Notes: a model not told the origin generated them from the letters alone. Positions 11,201 to 25,302 are shown, numbered from the stretch's first letter. The stretch: 64,000 bases of DNA from Octopus sinensis (GCF_006345805.1 NW_021834784.1:1-64000), one strand, 5' to 3'. Numbers and translations: made by a program.

Positions 11201-12889
11201 ATGGTGGGGTTTGCTACACACTGACATTCACACTGAATACTTAATGTGCAAATGCTGTAATGCTTCTACATACCAACTTCTCTCTCCTTCTGTCTCTCTC
11301 TCCCTCCCTCTCTCTCGATATTCTTTTAGTTCTAGTTTTCCTTACCTTTGCAAATCCTTCCTCTCCACCATCTTCTCTATATCATATATACCTACCTGTC
11401 TCATGCTCTTTATAGTTCATTTTTTTCTTAACTGTTAATATCAAATTAGTAATGTGTTGTGGTTATGTACGTGTTGTGGAATTTTAACATCTTCCATGTT
11501 TGCATCCCAAGCATCAACATCCGCATCATGCATTGCGTGTCTCCTTGAGCAAGGCTTTTCACTCACCCTGCTTCAGTCTCCACCACTGCAGTGAGAGCAC
11601 CGGCTGACGGCAGATGAAGCATTTTTTCCCTCGCCAGGTGTCACATTCTGGTTGTTTCATTGGATCAAAGGTGAGGGAGTAAAAAGAGTGGCTATGTCTA
11701 ATCGCGCCTACACAGGCACCTGACACAATTAGCGAAAACATGGTACACATTATATATGCTTCGTATAAAAATGCCACAGCCAGCCGTCATTCACTTTGAA
11801 AATTTCTGCTTTTATTCAGCTAGATATATAAATGTTGGCATCAATCTGCTTTTTTTTCCTTAGCTTTATTAATTTGTTCCCATTCCAATTTATTTAATTA
11901 AATATATAGTTTGTGATTGGCACGGCTAGAACATTAACGTCTGATAATTTGATTCTAGATTTTAGTTCTATCAAGAGTACAGGTTTAAATTGATCATAAT
12001 ACTGTTGATTAATTTTTGTTTTATTTCGTATTCGAGCTCCTCTGCAGCCAATGTCTCACATATGGTATAATGATAAATTTATATTGTGTCAAAGCTACGT
12101 TTTCTAAACCCACAGCAACAAAGTCAATCAAAAATACATTAACTCGAATTCTTCAGCTATTTATGTCAGCTAGAAACATTGGCTGGAGAAATTAATAAAT
12201 TGAGAGCAAATTGTATAGAGCTTTGGAAATTATTTTCCAAGAACAAGCGATAAAATTAGAACAAATGAGATGTGTTAGCAACACAATAGTCATTGGAAGA
12301 TATTATATCAAAGAGCAATCTACAACGCTCAGATTTATCACCTTATCACCTATCGGTCAAGTACACAGTTTTCGCATTAGAACTTATATCTCTTGAAGAA
12401 TTCTTCTTCCTTACGACTACAACCGATTGCCTGGTATCCGTTTAGATACTCCCATACGTCACTTACTTTCGGCTACACTTTATCTCCAAGATACACAAAG
12501 GTGATGCGAAAGGCATGTATTTGATAGATAGGTAATAAGGCGATAAATCTGAAATTTCTCGATTCATCTATGCTTTCAGACCTACCAATTATGACTCGCC
12601 TACTAACACTTCTAAACTATTCATGTGTTAACTTCCGCTCTCAGAAAATAATTTTCAAAATTCATTACAAGTAATTTGTACTCAATTTTTTTAATTTTCG
12701 GGGAGAAGCTTGGAATTTTATCAACACCAAGAAATATTTCTGTTGTCAGTAATTACATATATGGATAAATTAAATTAATGTATCCTTTCGAACTTTCCTG
12801 CTGTAGGCATTTTATTTTTATTTTTATTTTATTTTTTCCCTTTTTTTGTTATATATTTAGGATGAATTTTCTGTTCTTTCTTCCTTGTA

Positions 12890-13280
12890 TAGGGGTGGGG
12901 GGCAAGCATAGCTGTACAGTTAAGAAGCTCGCTTTTCAACCATTGGGTTTTGCGTTCAATCCCAAGGTGTGTTGCCTTGGGCAAGTGTCTTTTACTATAT
13001 CCCCGACCAATGCTATGTGAATTGATTTTGATAGAGGGAAACTGTGTGGAAACCATATGTGTGTGTCGCTGTGTCTGTGTTTTTCCACCACCACTAACAA
13101 CACTTGACAACCAGAGTTGGTTTGTATACGTCCCCGTAACTTAGCGTCCCGGCAAAAAAATACTGATAGACTAAGTAACAAACTTTAAAAATTAAGTACT
13201 TGGGTGGATATGTTCGTCTAGATCCTTCAAGGCGATGTCCCAGCATGGCCGTTGTCCAACGAATGAAACAAGCAGAAGAA
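12890..13280 (+). mobile_element. SINE family B, diverged
   Basis: CCTTGGGCAAGTGTCTT...TTGACAACC...CAGCATGGCC landmarks. Confidence 0.75.
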
Positions 13281-13916
13281 ATGCCCTGAAGTTCTGGATT
13301 TCTTTCTCATTCCCTATTTTAGTTTTTCAAATTTTATTTCTTTGTTTTTCTTTTGCTTTTGCAAATTAAAAATAATTTATTTCATTCCTGAAAACCACGT
13401 TTTTATACTTTATATTTTCTTTAATTTTTTTAACGACAAAATCAGACGAAGAAGCCAATGTGCATGATCTTTCTTTAAGGGCCAGGAGCAAAGAGAGTAA
13501 TCTATCCTGAGGGCAATGATCCTGCATAAATATTTCAGCTGAGTCGTATCCATTAAATGCTCGCGAGGATCAGATGTGGCCTTAAAATGCGAGACACATT
13601 AAGTCTTCCATCAATAACGTAAATTCTCTCTCCTGTACGTTTTCAACAGAGCCTGTCAAGCAAATTCCAGCTTCGTTATTTCTTTAATGTATGTATAATT
13701 CTTAATAATTCTTAATCAAATATATAATATAGTCGTAATTTTAATGGAATAAACTTTTCATAATTTATGATTTTAATCTAATATTTACAATTTTTTTAAT
13801 TATACATTTATTTGTTGATTTACAAACATATTAATCATTGATATCTTTACGCTGTTAATTCATAGTCTACCAATTATAATTACGCTATTTATCTTGACAA
13901 TTATAACTTCATGATC

Positions 13917-14232
13917 AAGGCGCGTGGCTTAATGGGTAGGGTGTTCGGTTCATGACCAGAATGTCGGGAGTTCAATACCCGGTGGTGAATAGTGTTCTTG
14001 AGCAAGGCATTTTATTTCTTGTTGCTCCAGTCCATTCAACAGGCATTAATGAGTAGTACCTGTATTTCAAGGTCAGCCTTGTCACTTTTATGTCATGTCA
14101 TATCGCCCTGAGAATTACGTTACGGTCAAGCGTGTCTGTGCAATGCTGAGCCATTTGGACGTTTATTTCACGAGCAGGGCCGATCCGTTGACCAGAACAA
14201 CACTCGTCGCCGTAGCCAATAGAGAGCCAGTT
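13917..14232 (+). mobile_element. tRNA-derived SINE (family C head, different tail)
   Basis: AAGGCGCGTGGCTTAATGG...GAGTTCAATACCC...GTTCTTGAGCAAGGCA; homologous to 58950-59204. Confidence 0.75.
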
Positions 14233-15512
14233 ATAATTTCATAGATAATGTGTTTTTTGCCTAAATCTTTGTATATGTTGCTTTTAATTTCAGACCCCTC
14301 ATTTACTTGAGATAGAGACAGTTTTTCACATTTCCCTATCTGTATTTCAATTTTGCTTCTCTCCCTTCCTAAGTAAGTCTTTACACAAAAACAGAATCGA
14401 ATATAAACCGATACATTTTAGAAGAATTTTTTATACTTTAACAAAAATAACAGATAACAAAATATTCGATTGTTATTGTTTTTTTTCTTTTATATTCATT
14501 AAAATTTAGATGTAAAGTGGAATTCATCGATTAACAAAAATTCGAAATCAAATCGCCAATAAGAGAAGATTGTGTTTGGTATACTAATAACCAAGGATTT
14601 AGTTTGAAACTTTCTTGATACGTAATTTGTGTGGTGTTGTAGACCATCGTTCCCCAAACTATTCGCACTATGTATTGGTTCCATGAAATAAATTTCTCCT
14701 TGAACTGGGGTATCATGCACATAAAAAACACAGTTAAAACGTAATATAGTATTTAATTATTAGATATATAATACATGTATATTACATATATAATGCAGAA
14801 ACACTCTACAGACTGCGATAATCAATCAAGTAGAAAGAAGATTTTAAAATTTAGTCTTTCTGTGCGGCCTGGTAACAAATGATCCATGGTCAACTCCTGG
14901 TCAGCGGCCCCGTGATTGGAGATATTTGTTCTAAACAATGTAATATATCTGTACTACCAAATGTAGAGTATTGTATATTTTCATGTCACTTATTCGACAA
15001 GTACGGCGAAATCATTTCGTCGCTAATGAGGGTTTAATAATATGGAAACAACTTAAGATCATCTCCCGTAGTTCCTGAAATAATTAGAATAGTATTAATC
15101 ATTGACAAATATCGAATTTTCCTCACTAGATAGATATATCTCAAGTAATATTTGGTCTTTGACAATCTAGAACGATAGCGTTTAAGATATAATGGAAGGT
15201 AATACAGATTACCTCAACGCACAGATATGCGTCCTTCCACTTGAACTTGCGCTATAAATTGTGCTTAGTTGAAATTATAGTCATCTTATTTCAACACTTG
15301 CATGCATTAAATTAACAACCCAAGTTCCAAGTTCTTGCAGACACGCTTCTAAGCACATGTTTGGAATTACTGTGAATCACGCCGTTTCTGCTTCAAGGAG
15401 TCTGACTGGTAGTAAATATGACTTAAAATATCTGGTCACATACACAATTTTAATTAAATGGTGTATATATATATATATATATACATATAAATATATATAT
15501 ATATATAATATA

Positions 15513-15567
<55 letters not shown>

Positions 15568-15593
15568 ACATATAAATATATATATAATATATA

Positions 15594-15656
<63 letters not shown>

Positions 15657-15669
15657 ATATATATATATG

Positions 15670-16251
15670 CGAGGGGAATCAAAAATTATCCGTACTCTCG
15701 CCATAAAATATTTTTATTATTGTCACACTGATTTCTGCGCATGCGTGCTTATAATTAGTACTATTGTGGTCACTTGATCGAAGTTTGAACCTGATCACGC
15801 CATTTTTCTTTCTGGCTTTACAGTGTAATGTGACTGCCCAACTAGCAAAGTTCACAACAGAAGAACAAGGGGTAATGATCCGAGAGATGGTAATGATGAA
15901 TCGTTTAACTATTATTTTCTCAGGCTTTTCCGGCTACTTTCAAACTTCTCGATCCCCTCATGCACACATCGAAGTGGTAATGCGCTGTGTCCCCGTATTG
16001 TGATAAAGTCCTCCGATGAATTTCAGCACCTGACACACTTTTCGCTCTTAGTTCTTTTTGGTGCACATTGAGAGTGGATCGGCCATGCTTACACTGTAAA
16101 GCCAAAAGAGAAAACTGGCGCGATCAGGCTCAAACTTCGATCACGTGACCTCGATAGTACCAACTAGAATCCCGCATGCGTGAATCCCGCAGTGTGACAA
16201 CAATATAGATATTTTGTGGTGAAAGTGCGGATAATTTTCTACTTCCCCTCG
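15670..16251. mobile_element. Mariner-derived MITE formed by two inverted 5' ends
   Basis: Both ends begin CGAGGGGAA...AAAATTATCCG.ACT; about 170 bp of imperfect inverted similarity; transposase N-terminal remnants on both strands; flanked by TA runs. Confidence 0.8.
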
Positions 16252-16299
<48 letters not shown>

Positions 16300-16392
16300 C
16301 ACGCACACACACACACACACATATATATATACATGCATATATATATATATATATATATAATATATATATGGATATCCATACATACATATATG

Positions 16393-16451
<59 letters not shown>

Positions 16452-16546
16452 GTATATAGACTCATATAAACATATTCATATGTAAATAGACAGATAAATA
16501 GATAGACAGATAGATAGATAGATAGATAGATAGTAGATAGATAGAC

Positions 16547-16620
<74 letters not shown>

Positions 16621-16646
16621 GAAACCATGCACGTTCACACACATGC

Positions 16647-16709
<63 letters not shown>

Positions 16710-17545
16710 TTTTCATTTGCCATCATGTATATGTTCCTCCGTATGCATGTATATATTTGTGCATGTATGCATGTAAGTCATACAAATATGACACGTAGCG
16801 TCTTTTAATGTTTTGAATTCGTCGTAAAATATTTACGTGAAAATTAAATATTTTAAAGCAACCATATAATGTACAAGAAACAAAACCTCATAAAATCACA
16901 AATGAACAACAACAAAAACAAAAATAGCACAGAATAAAAAAAAAGAAATAATAATTGGAACACATTGAAATCAAACAACCATTATTCCGCCATGTTTTGA
17001 TGTTTCGCTATGAAATTAATTCTGCCATGCTGGATGTCTGTCTGTTCGCAAATTTCGTTCCTTCAATATATATAGTTTATGTCTTTTATTTTGCGAAAAA
17101 TTTCATAAATTTATTTCGTTTCTGCATTAATGATAACAACAACAACGATAATGATGATGATGATGATGAGGAGGAGGAGGAGGAGGAGGAGGAGAAGGAG
17201 TATATGAATAATATCGCTGTTATCCTTGTGACTTATTTTATAATTATCATCAACATTATTATCATCATCATCATCATCATCATCAACAGCAGCTGCTGCT
17301 GCTGCTGCTGCATCGCTATGTCGCTGCCATCATAATTTCCATTTATATGTTTCTGCTTCGATAAAACAATTTTTCTTCTAATTTTTACGTCGTTCCTTCT
17401 TTTCACAAATGTTTGTTTAATTCAACCATATTAAAATAACGTAATACCACTTTAATTTATTATATTTTATTTTGTATTATTTTTATTTCTCGTCATATAT
17501 TCATATATTTTGTATTGGGTATTTATCGCGACTTATTCACTACTA

Positions 17546-17626
<81 letters not shown>

Positions 17627-17848
17627 ATATTTATATATATATATATTTATATATATATATATAAAACTTACTTGGAAAAGGATGCGTAGCGTTCGATCAC
17701 ATAATAATATAAACAATATATAATTTTTGATGTTCTGTACTTATATGTGCATGTATATATACTTATAGATGTTGGTTTGTATATATATGTATATATATAT
17801 GGATATATTTATACATATGCCTATATAATATATAATATTTATATATAT

Positions 17849-17894
<46 letters not shown>

Positions 17895-19058
17895 TTCAAT
17901 AAAGGCACGTCCATATATATGTTTGTATGCGTGTGTATATATTTATGTTTGTATGTATGTATGTATATATGTTTATTGATATTACTTAAACTTGGCTTTC
18001 CTTTTTTCCTTTTTTCCTATTTTCTGTACAGTCTTCAATATTTCCTTTCTGTTCCGTTCATCTTGTACTTTAAGTTTTCAACAGAACATATTGACAGCGA
18101 ATGACATGCTATAAAATAAACCACTAATTACAAACACACATATACATATTTATATTTATATATTTATATATACATTTATTACAACCTATTGTTTTTGGCA
18201 GGTACTCATATAGATGAACAAAAAAAAAATCATACATGCATTGATGCAGAAGCAGGTAAAAAAAAAAAAACAGTTACGAGTGATTCGAATTTCAGGATCG
18301 TTATTTTTTTTTGTTTATACAGATTCAATCTCTATTCGTATATGTGTATATTTTATACATAAACATGTATGTATATGAAATGTATATAATCTTCTGGATT
18401 TGTAAAAATGTATATGTATATGATCGTGTACATATTGAATGTTTTGTTTTTTTTCTGACAAACGTTAGTCTTTAGATTCTTGTGTTCTTCATAGAGTTCA
18501 AACATTTTATTCTTCTCCAAACAAAGCACAATTGACGGATATTTAAGCATCTATAGAATCAACAGACTAAAGAAATTAACAAAATTATTCTAAATGTAAT
18601 ATTTACAATCTGGAATATTTTATTAATTTTTTAATTGTTTTTATTATCAATTTTCATGTTTGGATATTTGCCAATACTACCGTCGTATTCTTCTATCATG
18701 CCAAATTTTCTCTTTTTTTTTTCTCGATTTTTTTCTTTTTCATTCTTCGCCAACTTTGCTTTTAGTCTACTTTCATTACCATTTCTTTACTCTGATTAGC
18801 TTTGGAATATTTCATATTGTTTATTTATACTTTTAATTCACAACTGCAGGGAACATTTACAAGACAGTGTTCAAATGTCATGGAAGTCAACTTTTATATT
18901 CCGTTCCTCTGAGAGAAACAAAATTAATTACCAATTTCACAATGGGTTTCATCCAATCAACCCTACTTTTTCCATACAAATTCAACTAATTAACAGTCTG
19001 TCTAATTAATATAAAAGTTATCTTTGTACACTTTTCAGCTACCATGCATAACTATACA

Positions 19059-19140
<82 letters not shown>

Positions 19141-20156
19141 ACATATATACATGCACGCAAACACTCGCAAACACACGCACATGTATAGACTTATTTTGCT
19201 TCTTTTTTTTATATTTTTCTATCAATTTTTAAAAGTTTTTCAAAATCACAATAAAGAATTTGATACTCTTCACCCAAAGTGCTAGGCACCTTCGAGAAAC
19301 ATGGCATAACTCATTTTTCGAACCATAATAAATAATTGTAAATTATTTTTCAGCTAGAATTTATACAGAGGTTATATTTCATATTTACAAAGATAGATCC
19401 GTTGTGAAATTCCTGATTTTCTCGACAGTGTTACTAATGCGTTTTTAAGTGATTCCATCCGGGGATTGAACACTAAATGAAAACTCTACATGAAGAGTTA
19501 GTTCTATAATATCACGTGATCTTACCCCGTGTATTGTGTGTATGATTTTGAACGTCTGTTTTCTTTTATATATATTATAAAATCATTGGCAAATTTAAGT
19601 TCACTGCAATGCTAATCAACCCAATTTTTGCAATAATAGATATGTGGTGTATGTGTTTAAAGGTTGTATGCGTACACTCTTATTTACTGACCAGAAACAT
19701 GTTTATATAACACATATAATTGAGAACAAACACATACACACACCTAGACACACAAACATACACTCGTGTCATTAAGTGTATACAGCTAATCATATGTGTG
19801 TATAAATGTGTGTGCGTGATTTCGTTTAATGTCCTTTTGAATTAAATATTTTGAGGTAATATTTCAAATTTCAAATGAAATCAAATTCTAAAATAGAAAT
19901 TAATTGAAAAGTAAAAATGGCAAGCTGACACCTAGAAAACTTTAGTTTCTATAGAACCATGTTCAGCAACTTATATTCCATACGCTTGCTCTTATAGTCA
20001 CTTCTTGGTATGAGCAGACAGAAATCGTTAGGAAAGGAAAATGGTAATACGTAGCATCCAAACCTTTCCTGGGGGCTGCACTGATATTTATGAAGTGAAG
20101 TGTCTCTGTCTAGTAAGCGAAACCAGATTATAGAGCCGTCTTTTCAACCTGGAACT

Positions 20157-20236
20157 TCAAACTCGTACTACAGTATCCATCCACTGTACTTCATTATAAT
20201 CATTTGGCATAGCAAAGAAGGATGGATCATGAGAAT
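20157..20236 (-). CDS. Possible second exon (DSHDPSFFAMPNDYNEVQWMDTVVRV*)
   Basis: Strong acceptor TGTTCTCCCTCTCAG at 20237; phase-compatible with a weak donor G/GTACCG at 20387/20386 (150-nt intron). Prediction only. Confidence 0.3.
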
Positions 20237-20366
20237 CTGAGAGGGAGAACATACGAATATGAGACGTTTTGTTTTTTTTGTGTGTGCCATTAACAATGGT
20301 ACGAACGATGTGCGAGAAATGCAACTAAGAATCGAAACCGAACCGAACATTCGGCAGAGAAAAAAC

Positions 20367-21470
20367 TTATCGTCGCACAACGGTACCAGCTACTGTCTGA
20401 CAGAATATTGACAAAGGTGTGGTTGTTATTGGATGTCTGTCGTCAACAACATCCACTTCAATCTCTTCATCTTCGTCATCTGATTTACTCTCATTTATCG
20501 GATATTTTATTTGCCGGTCACGTGTTTCCGGTTTATCGTTTTCCTTTTCTCGGTCTTGTTTCGAGGACTCTCGCTGGCTGACATATTGGTATTCTGTTTT
20601 ATTATTGTTATTGTTGTTGTTATAATGGTGATGGTTGCTGTTGTGGTGTTGATGATTGGGAAAACAGAAGATCTGAGGATGTTGCTGCGGTAACTGTGCT
20701 TGTTGTTGTGGTTGCTGTTGTTGGTTACTAGCATCACTTATAATACTTTTAATGCTTTTAATTTTACCACCATTTTTGAGGTCGTTGTTATTATTATTAT
20801 TATTATTGTTGTTGTTGTTGTTATTACTACTGCTGTTGCTGTGGTTGCTGCAGCTGTCGATACTGTTGTTGCTGTTACTATTGCTGTCGATGTTGCTACT
20901 GGTAGTAGTAGTAGTTGTAGTTGTAGGCGTGTTGTTAGTCGTGATAGCAGTAGTGGTGGTAGTGAGTTTTTTGTGCTGAAGGTTGCTGAGGTGAAGGTTG
21001 AAAGGGAAATGAAGGTCTTGATGAAGATGATGATGATGGTGATGATGATGGTTGTGTTCAGGCTGCTGCTGTTTGGTAAGATGGAAGCGGGGAAAATGAG
21101 GAAGGTGTTGATGGTGTTCTTCGAATGGTTGTGGTTGTTTTTCTTCGATTTGTTCTTGTTTTTGCTGCTTTCCTTGTTTCTTCTGCTGTTGTTGCTGTTG
21201 TTGTTGTTGGTGATGGTGAAGGAAGAGCAGATGATGCTGCTGATGAAGGTGGAGTTGTTGGCGTTGGCGAAGAAGGTCTTGGTGCTGAGAGTCATCGGGA
21301 CAAAGGTCAAGGTCATCGTGGTCTTGGTCATCGTCGTTGTTGTTGTTGTTGTTGTTGCTGTTGATGTTGTTGTCGTTATCGTCGTCGTCGTCATCATCGT
21401 CAATGCTGATGTGGATGTTATCGGAATGTTCTTGGCCAGCCGGCCTCCTGCATAGAAGATATTTACTCAT
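20367..21470 (-). CDS. Low-complexity (poly-D/N, poly-Q, poly-H, poly-T/N, acidic) ORF, probably an early coding exon of a transcription-factor-like regulatory protein
   Basis: 367-codon open frame. Homopolymer runs use mixed synonymous codons (CAA/CAG, GAT/GAC, AAC/AAT) and alternate with non-repetitive segments (HLPHFPRFHLTK, QYVSQRESSKQDREKENDKPETRDRQIKYPINESKSDDEDEEIEVDVVDD). A GA-rich stretch lies upstream on the minus strand. No DNA-binding domain recognised. Confidence 0.7.
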   Translation of the reverse strand: MSKYLLCRRPAGQEHSDNIHISIDDDDDDDDNDNNINSNNNNNNNDDDQDHDDLDLCPDDSQHQDLLRQRQQLHLHQQHHLLFLHHHQQQQQQQQQKKQGKQQKQEQIEEKQPQPFEEHHQHLPHFPRFHLTKQQQPEHNHHHHHHHHLHQDLHFPFNLHLSNLQHKKLTTTTTAITTNNTPTTTTTTTTSSNIDSNSNSNNSIDSCSNHSNSSSNNNNNNNNNNNNNNDLKNGGKIKSIKSIISDASNQQQQPQQQAQLPQQHPQIFCFPNHQHHNSNHHHYNNNNNNNKTEYQYVSQRESSKQDREKENDKPETRDRQIKYPINESKSDDEDEEIEVDVVDDRHPITTTPLSIFCQTVAGTVVRR

Positions 21471-21629
21471 ATAGTATCTACACTGTCATCTCTCTCGCCT
21501 CTCCTCCCACACCTCTCCTCTCTCTCCTCTCTTTCTCTTTCTCTCTCTCTCTCTCATTGCCTCTGTTTCAAACGCATCCACTCACACTCATATTCACACT
21601 CGGTCTCCTTCCCTCTCTCTACTATTCCC

Positions 21630-21997
21630 TTATTTCTTTATTGCCTACAAGGGGCTAAACGTAGAGGGGACAAATAAGGACAGACAAAGGGATTAAGTCG
21701 ACCCCGAAAGGATGAAAGGCAAAGTCAACCTCGGCGGAATTTGAACTCAGGACGTAACCTCAGATGAAATACCTATTTCTTTACTACCTACAAGGGGCTA
21801 AACACAGAGAAGACAAACAAGGACAGACAAAGGGATTAAGTCGATTACATAGACCCCAGTGCGTAACCGGTATTTAATTTATCGACTCCGAAAGGATGAA
21901 GGGCAAAGTCGACCTCGGCGGAATTTGAATTCAGAATGTAAAGACAGACGAAATACCGCTAAGCATTTCGCCCGGCGTGCTAACGTTTCTTCCAGCC
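21630..21997 (-). mobile_element. SINE family A tandem (full copy plus headless copy)
   Basis: Two cores in tandem joined at GAAATAC|CTATTTCT near 21772. Confidence 0.85.
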
Positions 21998-22254
21998 TCT
22001 CTGCTATTCCCTGTCACACAAACTATCACACAGTATATCTGTCTTTCTGTCCGTCCGTCTGTCTGTCTGTCTATCTATTTATCTATCTACCTCTCTATCT
22101 GGTTTTCCTTCTCCCACCCTCTTAATTTCTTTTGCCTATTCTTTGTTATGTATTCTGAAACAAGCAAACACCTAACCCCCACCAAAACGTAACTCCACCA
22201 ATGTTTCGTACAATGTAATGAGGTAAGATCTATCAATGGCTTTGTGTGTGTGTA

Positions 22255-22440
22255 TGTGTCTGTGTGAGCTCGCGCGCACGCGCACTAAGCCTTTGTACAT
22301 CACTGATTCGTTGTCTACGTTGTCCTGCAATATTCGCGATGAAATATCTCGCTGATTTAAAATGGTGACAAGATGGGGTCGGCAATCAGTCACTGATTCT
22401 GACGGGAACGCAAAAGCGCGCCCCAGGGACCGTAGACAAT
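22255..22440. promoter_or_regulatory. CpG-enriched patch upstream of the minus-strand gene, possible promoter or enhancer
   Basis: GAGCTCGCGCGCACGCGCAC, TCGCGA, AAAATGGTG (YY1-like) and GCGCGCCCC in AT-rich surroundings, about 0.8 kb upstream of the 21470 ATG. Confidence 0.3.
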
Positions 22441-23096
22441 TCTCAAGACAACATAGGTTCTAGGGACCAAACCCATTTTCCCTAATTACTTATTTATCAC
22501 TGATACACGTAAAACACTGTTTTGACGCTTCTTTTATATTTTGTAGATTTTTACCCCATTTGCTTCGCAACTAAGGGCCCGTGATAAACGAAGATAGCTA
22601 TTCTAGCCGTATCTTAGTCGTAGTCTTCGCTACAAATTTCTTAATATCTGAAATCAGGACCATTCTAATTCTAGCTAAATTTTGCAGTGTACCTCTAAAC
22701 AAACACTTCTAATACATATATTTGGACTATTCCCCACGGTGTATAAAAAAAATAGCGTCTGGCATTTTGCTTGCCTTCACGAAATCTCCTCCACGTTGTA
22801 AAGGAAGATTTCAGGTTTCACATTTAATTAAATAACATTTTTATAGTTTTTATGTATTCATATATTTGTTTATTTAGGTAGTTATGGATTTATTTAATTA
22901 TGTAATTATCTAATTATTCATATGTAAGCCGAGTTTCTGTAGCGAAAGAAAAAGCACAGCTAAATCAGAAGTGCAAATATGTTCGTACGGTGAGTTGTAC
23001 ACACACACACACGTCGCACGCACACACACACACACACATACATACACATACATATATATATATATTTATTGAATATATATATCACATATATATTTC

Positions 23097-23129
<33 letters not shown>

Positions 23130-23385
23130 TATTACATATACATATATATGTTAATTAAATGCCTAAATATATATAATATATATATATATATATAACACAC
23201 TCATGTATGTGTACATATCACACATATATTCACCCTCACATGTACACACACACAAAGCAATAAACACGTAGACAACCTAAGCCAAGACAGTAGCATACAC
23301 ACAACTACATGGAATTCTCTAAATACATTCCTAGCTGTTCGTCTAACTCTTGATATACGTATGCATATATATATGTATATATATG

Positions 23386-23419
<34 letters not shown>

Positions 23420-23424
23420 GTATG

Positions 23425-23460
<36 letters not shown>

Positions 23461-23850
23461 ACACCCACACATACATATACACATACATACAAGTACATGC
23501 ATGCATGCATGCATACACGCATACGTAAATACATACATACACATACAAACACAAATGCACACACATATATGTATACAACATATTAAAAACACGCACACAC
23601 ACGCATGGAAAAATAAATTCAATAAATAGTAAACAAAAATACAAAAAAAACATAAGCATGCTATAATAATAATAATAAAAATAATAAAAATAATAATAAT
23701 AATAATAATAACAATATAAACAAACAAATAACAGGAAAAGTAAATAGAATTAACATAATTTATGACAACAAAAAATACACAACAAACATCCTTGCATATT
23801 AAAAGCTAACAAAATCTCAGGAATAACTATACTATATGAAATAATTGAAT

Positions 23851-23886
<36 letters not shown>

Positions 23887-24413
23887 ATATATATATAGAT
23901 ATATATATATATAATAATATATATATATATATATACATTTATATATATATTACGTATATATATATATATATATATAATATTATATATATATATATATGTA
24001 TGTATGTATGTACGTATGTATGTATGTATGTATGTATGTATGTATGTATGTATGTATTATGTATGTATGTATTTTGTGCCCTCAAATATAAATGCATTAA
24101 TGATACGATAATGTAAGGGCTGCAAAAAATATTTTCTAAAAATGGTTCGTAGCTCAGACCAGAAGCCCTCCAATTTTATCAGAAGGCGAACGATACCAAT
24201 AACAGTAATATTTTTCGTGCCTGACGAATAAGATGTAAAAATGGCCTCAACGGGAATTGAACACAGTACATAGTATGCTGCAAAAATAAAAGCTTTAATT
24301 TCACTTTTTCTGTTGCCAATCCGCCCACAGATAAGGACAATCGATGATGATTAGTATATGATAAATCAACGCAGGTGACAATACATGTAGGCTTATGTAT
24401 ATAAATTAACTTA

Positions 24414-24710
24414 GAGGCACATGGCCTAGTGGTTAGAGCAGCGGACACGCAGTCGAGGGATCGCGGGTTCGCATCTCAGACCGGGCGATGTGTGTGTTTA
24501 TGAGCGAAACACCTAAGCTCCACGCGGCTCCAGCAGAAGGTAATGGTGAACTTCTGCTGACTCTTTCGCCACAATTTTCTCTCACTCTTTCCTCCTGCAT
24601 CTAGCAGCTCACCTGCGACGGACCGGCGTCCCGTCCAGGTGGGGAACCTATACGCCAAGAAACCGGGAAACCGGCCCTTATGAGCCAGGCATGGCTTGAG
24701 AAGGAACAAG
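24414..24710 (+). mobile_element. tRNA-derived SINE with V-domain-like segment
   Basis: Head TGGCCTAGTGGTTAGAGC...GGGTTCGCATCTC; CCTGCGACGGACCGGCGTCCCGTCCAGG resembles the V-SINE domain as recalled; diverged homologue at about 9690-9880. Confidence 0.7.
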
Positions 24711-25257
24711 CATATAAGATGAACACATTTTTGTTCATGAGTCCCAAGTCACTCTAGGCTAAACAGTGAACTGGCCCAACAACCAACAGGTCTCTTAGGC
24801 ACTTTGGAATATATATGCATACGTGGACGCAGGGCGTGTGTGTGTTTGTGTGTATGTGTGCGCTAACTCCAGCTGCCCGGGGATATCATTGCAATGGGCC
24901 CTATAAAAGTTGTTTATTGATACCAAGTCACATCATACATAGATCAAAATCAGGCCCTTAGACCCGTCACTATCTGAGTAGCTGATCAGTGTGGCGGTAA
25001 CAAAAGACAGCAGCGTGCGTGTGAGATCATATATATATATTCTTTTGCTTGTTTCAGTCATTTGACTGCGGCCATGCTGGAGCACCACCTTTAATCGGAC
25101 AAATTGACCCCATAACTTATTCTTTGTAAGCCGAGTATATATGCCATCCTCTTTTGCCGGACCTCTAGGTTACGAGGGACATGAAAATACCAGCATCTGC
25201 TGTCAAGCGATGAAGGGACAAACACAGTCACACAAACATATAAATATACTTATATAT

Positions 25258-25302
<45 letters not shown>

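Noticed and set aside
20040-20135. IIWFRLL on the minus strand as a homeodomain helix 3
   Set aside because: No WFQNRR or N51, and no helix 1/2 upstream in frame.
20700-21455. 251-aa + strand ORF and 221-aa alternative minus-frame ORF
   Set aside because: Antisense and frame shadows of the trinucleotide-rich coding exon.
24902-24909. TATAAAAG box
   Set aside because: An isolated motif is expected by chance in AT-rich DNA, and there is no downstream gene evidence.
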